A stretch of 20,228 nucleotides of DNA from assembly GCA_038245905.1 (NCBI GenBank), contig JBBRRY010000046.1, positions 1 through 20,228 on the forward strand, in the 5' to 3' direction. Of this stretch, positions 17,178 to 20,228 are shown in pieces (positions within the stretch are counted from its first letter, which is position 1; the number at the start of each line of letters is the position of its first letter). The stretch is from Thermoanaerobaculia bacterium (GTDB lineage: Bacteria > Acidobacteriota > Thermoanaerobaculia > UBA5066). The position numbers and the translations under genes were made by a program. A model generated the notes under the pieces. That model did not search any database and was not told the DNA's origin. It was given only the letters and a program-made list of their open reading frames with translations.

Positions 17178-17603
17178 ATGCTCGCGTACCTGCTTCTCGC
17201 CCAGCTGGCCTCGGCAGCAGTGGCGACGCCGGCGGCGACGCCCGCGCCAGCCCTCGGCGCGGCTGCGACGGCCGTATCGGGGAGGCCGAAGACGCTTGCC
17301 GACCTCGCGCGGGAGCGCAAGCTCGGTTTAAAAGGCACCTCCGGCGGGACCCTGTCGGTGGCGGGAGCATCGGGGATGCCGGTCATCACGTCCGCAACGG
17401 ATGTCCGCGGGGGAAGCCCGGCTCTTCCAGAGGGGTATCTGCGCGTTCAAAAAGCGGAGACCGACGTTGCGGCCGCGCGTCGCGCCCTCGACGAGCAGGC
17501 CGTGAGGAAGGGCATGACGTCCGAGGATGCCGCCGCCGCCCGCCGGAAGCTCGACGATGCGCGCCGTGAGCTGAACAGGGAGCGCGAGGCGGCTTCCCGC
17601 TAG
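17178..17603 (+). CDS. Hypothetical exported protein with C-terminal coiled coil
   Basis: This is the real 3' part of the 14010..17603 ORF: RBS GGAGG, signal-like MLAYLLLAQLASA, TLADLARERK motif and charged helical tail. Confidence 0.75.
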   Translation: MLAYLLLAQLASAAVATPAATPAPALGAAATAVSGRPKTLADLARERKLGLKGTSGGTLSVAGASGMPVITSATDVRGGSPALPEGYLRVQKAETDVAAARRALDEQAVRKGMTSEDAAAARRKLDDARRELNREREAASR

Positions 17604-17604
17604 A

Positions 17605-17892
17605 TCACGCGCCTTCGACGAGGATCATCTCGGAACGCGCCGCTCTGAGCCGCAGCTCTTTTGGCCCGGCGTACTCGGGCGACGTCCACCACGCACGAGC
17701 GCGTTCTGCGTCCGGGAACTCAAGGATCACGAGGCGTGGCGGCCGCCACGTGCCCTCGAGCGTCTCGATCGCCCCGCCGCGGACGAGGAAGCGGCCCCCG
17801 TAGGCCGTGATCGAGGGCAGGACGGCCCCGCGATAGCGCTCGTAGCCTTCGGGATCGTGAACATCGACCTGGACGAGGATGTAGGCGGGCAT
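17605..17892 (-). CDS. DUF1330-family protein
   Basis: MPAYILVQVDVHD, YGGRFLVRGG..ETLEG.W, VILEFPD.E.ARAWW.SPEY. Confidence 0.9.
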   Translation of the reverse strand: MPAYILVQVDVHDPEGYERYRGAVLPSITAYGGRFLVRGGAIETLEGTWRPPRLVILEFPDAERARAWWTSPEYAGPKELRLRAARSEMILVEGA

Positions 17893-17918
17893 GAGGGCCT
17901 CCGGTGGCGAAAGACCCG

Positions 17919-18134
17919 TCAGCGCTTCAGCGCGAACGCGCCCTTGAAGATCACGAGGAGCCACGGCGCGCCGTGCATCGCAAAGTCGAGCCAGTCGATC
18001 GGCCGAACGAGCGTCCCGTTAAAGAGCATCTGGAGCTTCTCGACGACGTGCGGCGGGCGGAACGGCGCGAGGCCCAGCGTCAGCGCGGCGAGGATCGCGA
18101 GCGGCCAGGGGACCTGTTCGAGGAAGTGGCGCAT
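17919..18134 (-). CDS. Small conserved membrane protein (LGLAPF..PH..EKL family)
   Basis: Two hydrophobic segments with LGLAPFRPPHVVEKL.ML..G.L.RP.DW.D..MHG.P. ATG 18134 lies 8 nt after TAATCT. Confidence 0.75.
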   Translation of the reverse strand: MRHFLEQVPWPLAILAALTLGLAPFRPPHVVEKLQMLFNGTLVRPIDWLDFAMHGAPWLLVIFKGAFALKR

Positions 18135-18197
18135 GGGCCGGAAGATTAGCGCAGCGCGTGTTCCGCGGCGCACGCCGGCATCTTAGGCGCGGCGAAC

Positions 18198-18563
18198 TCA
18201 GATCCGGTCGAGCTTCTCCCGCGTGAGCGGGCCTCCTGCATCGCCCGTGTTGAGCGTGCTCGCGGGCTCGAAGAGAAGGATGTGGGCTTCCTTTTCGGCC
18301 ACGGGGCGGTGCTCGACGCCGCGCGGCACCACGAAGAACTCGCCGGCCTCCAGGCGGATCGTCCGGTCGCGCAGCTCCATGTCGAAGGCCCCCTCGATGA
18401 CGAGAAACATCTCGTCCTCCGCTTCGTGCTTGTGCCACGGGAAGAGCCCCTGGAACTTCACGAGCTTCACGTGCTGCCCGTTGAGCTCGGCGACGATTTT
18501 CGGGTCCCAATGCGTGGAGAAAAGCGCGAGCTTTTCCCGGAGGTTGACCTTCTCGAGCGTCAT
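18198..18563 (-). CDS. Cupin-domain protein
   Basis: W.PKIVAELN, FPWHKHEAEDEMFLV and GEFFVVPRGVEHRP. ATG overlaps the upstream stop as ATGA. Confidence 0.92.
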   Translation of the reverse strand: MTLEKVNLREKLALFSTHWDPKIVAELNGQHVKLVKFQGLFPWHKHEAEDEMFLVIEGAFDMELRDRTIRLEAGEFFVVPRGVEHRPVAEKEAHILLFEPASTLNTGDAGGPLTREKLDRI

Positions 18564-18868
18564 CTTGCACCCTTCCCCGCCGGGCGGACCTCGACGGAGA
18601 CCGTGTCTCCGGGGGCGAGGCCCGCGTCGCGGAGAAGGTCGTCGCCGAGGAGGAGCCACCACGTCTTCGATCGGCCGACGACGGCGCTCTCGAAGGCGTG
18701 CGTGCCGAGTCGCGCCGTCACGCGATGCCCTCGGCGACCGGGCCGCAGGGCGATGGGGGAGATGCCCCAGCGCTCCTTCGGGTCGAACGGGACCTCGATC
18801 GCGCAGCCCTTGTGGCCCTCGTGGATGATCCCGGAAAAGCGCGCGGCGAGGCCGCGACTCGCGCTCAC
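18560..18868 (-). CDS. DUF1905-family protein
   Basis: IEVPFDPKERWG, RVTARLG..FES and AGLAPGDTVSVEV. GTG lies 6 nt after TAAGCT. Confidence 0.75.
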   Translation of the reverse strand: MSASRGLAARFSGIIHEGHKGCAIEVPFDPKERWGISPIALRPGRRGHRVTARLGTHAFESAVVGRSKTWWLLLGDDLLRDAGLAPGDTVSVEVRPAGKGAR

Positions 18869-18910
18869 GGCTGGAGCTTATCCCGAGTCCGGTTCCGCTC
18901 CCGCGGGGCG

Positions 18911-19090
18911 TCAGCCCCGGATGTAGTGGTCGATGGCGTCGGCCGCCTTGTCGGCCGTTTTCACCTTGCGTGCCGATATCTCCTGCGGTCTCGTCCCGCC
19001 CGAGACATGCCCGAGGTCCTCGTCCGTCAGCTCGGTCTCCGGTCTTTCAGGGGCCTTTTCGTCTTTCTTCCCTTTGTGTTCGACGGTCAT
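18911..19090 (-). CDS. 59-aa peptide with a double-glycine-type leader (candidate RiPP/bacteriocin-like precursor)
   Basis: RBS GGAGG and ATG 19090. Leader ends ELTDEDLGHVSGG (ELxxxxLxxVxGG); 27-aa core TRPQEISARKVKTADKAADAIDHYIRG. Confidence 0.78.
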   Translation of the reverse strand: MTVEHKGKKDEKAPERPETELTDEDLGHVSGGTRPQEISARKVKTADKAADAIDHYIRG

Positions 19091-19109
19091 GTTGAGCCTC
19101 CATCTCAAC

Positions 19110-19150
19110 ATACTATTCCCCGAACCGCGGCGGGCCAAGCGAGATCTCGC
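19110..19150 (-). promoter_or_regulatory. Sigma70-like promoter of the peptide gene with an adjacent palindrome
   Basis: TTGGCC (19138-19133), 17-nt spacer, TAGTAT (19115-19110). Perfect palindrome GCGAGATCTCGC at 19139-19150. Confidence 0.55.
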
Positions 19151-19176
19151 GCGCCGGGGGGAAGGGGGCAGAGGCC

Positions 19177-20103
19177 ATGACCGATTTCCAGGAAGCCACG
19201 CTCCCACCCCTCTACGCGCCGTGGCTCCGCGAGATCGCGGGCGGTCCGATCCCGCGCGAGACCGTCGCGACCTGCGAGCACTGCGTCATGCTCCCGCAGG
19301 CGGGTTCGGCCCCGGATCCCTCGTTCTTTCTGCCTGGGATCAAGTGCTGCACGTTCGAGCCGTCGATTCCGAACTTCCTCGCGGGGCGCATCCTGGCAGA
19401 CGTCGACCCGTCGACGGCGCGGGGGCGCGCCGCCCTCGAGGCTCGAATCGCCAGCCGTGTCGGTGTCGCGCCGCGGGGCGTTCAGTCGAGTGCGGTCGCG
19501 CGTCTCCTTTACGAGCGAACTCCGAATGCGTTCGGGCACGCGCCCGCGCTGCGTTGTCCGTACCTCGTCGACGACGGCGCGTGCGGAGTCTGGCGGCACC
19601 GGCCCGGCGTCTGCGCGACCTGGTTCTGCAAGCACGTTCGGGGCGAGACGGCCTTCCGCTTCTGGAAGCTCTCCGACAGGCTCCTGCGCGCGGTGGAATC
19701 AGACCTCGTCGTATGGTGCGCCGCCGAGATCGCCCCCGGTTCCGACGAACTCTCCGCTCCGGAACTCGGCCACCTCGCGGTCTCCGACCTCGGCGGACCC
19801 GTGGATCCCGTCCGATACCGCGAGGCGTGGGGCGCGTGGGAAGGAAGGGAAAGAGAGCTTTACATCGCGGCCGCGGAGCTCGCCGACGGATTGAGATGGG
19901 AGGGCGTGCTCGCGATCAGCGGGCCGACCGTCCGTGTCCTTGCCGGCCTCGTCCGCGAAGCCGCCGAGCGACTGATGTCGGAGTCCCTTCCGAAGAAGCT
20001 TCGTCTCGGGTCGGTGGAGTTGGTCCAGGGGCCCGGTGGAGAGATGCGGGTGTTGTCCTACAGCCCCTACGATCCTCTGGCGGTACCCCTAGCAGGCTGT
20101 TGA
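19177..20103 (+). CDS. YkgJ/CxxCxxCC-like cysteine-cluster (Fe-S or Zn) protein, probably C-terminally truncated
   Basis: Cys pattern CEHC...KCC...CPY...CGVWRHRPGVC....C. The stop codon falls inside a putative IS terminus. Confidence 0.75.
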   Translation: MTDFQEATLPPLYAPWLREIAGGPIPRETVATCEHCVMLPQAGSAPDPSFFLPGIKCCTFEPSIPNFLAGRILADVDPSTARGRAALEARIASRVGVAPRGVQSSAVARLLYERTPNAFGHAPALRCPYLVDDGACGVWRHRPGVCATWFCKHVRGETAFRFWKLSDRLLRAVESDLVVWCAAEIAPGSDELSAPELGHLAVSDLGGPVDPVRYREAWGAWEGRERELYIAAAELADGLRWEGVLAISGPTVRVLAGLVREAAERLMSESLPKKLRLGSVELVQGPGGEMRVLSYSPYDPLAVPLAGC

Positions 20104-20228
20104 AGAAGGGCCTGTTTTCTGGAGACGAAGGCGAGAGAAGAGATTCTTAGAGGGAAGAGATTGCCGAGGGCGGCGGTTTCGACTCCTACTTTTCGTCTTG
20201 ATCCGCCGCTTTCGGGCGAATCCGGGGC
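20093..20228. mobile_element. Putative terminus of an IS5/IS1182-like insertion sequence (partial)
   Basis: CTAG (20089-20092) is immediately followed by CAGGCTGTTGAAGAAGG, which resembles CAGGCTGyTGAAAAA-type IS termini. Composition shifts abruptly to non-coding, purine-rich sequence. No transposase is visible in the window. Confidence 0.6.

Noticed and set aside
18938-18990. Histone-H3-tail-like look of the peptide core (SARKVKTA)
   Set aside because: Too short to distinguish from chance; kept only as a prompt for the lysine-methylation test.
1-20228. CRISPR array, tRNA or rRNA genes
   Set aside because: No regularly spaced repeats or tRNA/rRNA signatures were seen; intergenic gaps are short and otherwise explained.

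Overview
GC-rich bacterial window, mostly minus-strand genes. The gene content and many leaderless-type TANNNT promoters suggest an Acidobacteriota-like organism, but that is inference only. From left to right: the 5' part of pntA (missing from the ORF track); an unannotated ~200-nt rod-like RNA with its own promoter and terminator; a PAP2 / YncE / MgtC / TPP-enzyme / FAD-oxidoreductase run; a DUF1206 membrane protein; and a family III CoA-transferase plus HMG-CoA-lyase-family pair. Next comes a 7-gene operon: helical protein, PspA/IM30 (ESCRT-III superfamily), membrane-anchored solute-binding-OmpA fusion, ABC permease, ABC ATPase, membrane coiled-coil protein and a classic-clade AAA+ ATPase. 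It looks like a bacterial ESCRT-III-like membrane-remodelling system coupled to a transporter. Several small genes follow, then a double-glycine-leader peptide divergent from a Cys-cluster (YkgJ/FliB-like) enzyme, a candidate new RiPP-like system. The enzyme gene appears cut by an IS inserted at CTAG at the window end. All family calls come from motif recognition by eye; no searches were run.
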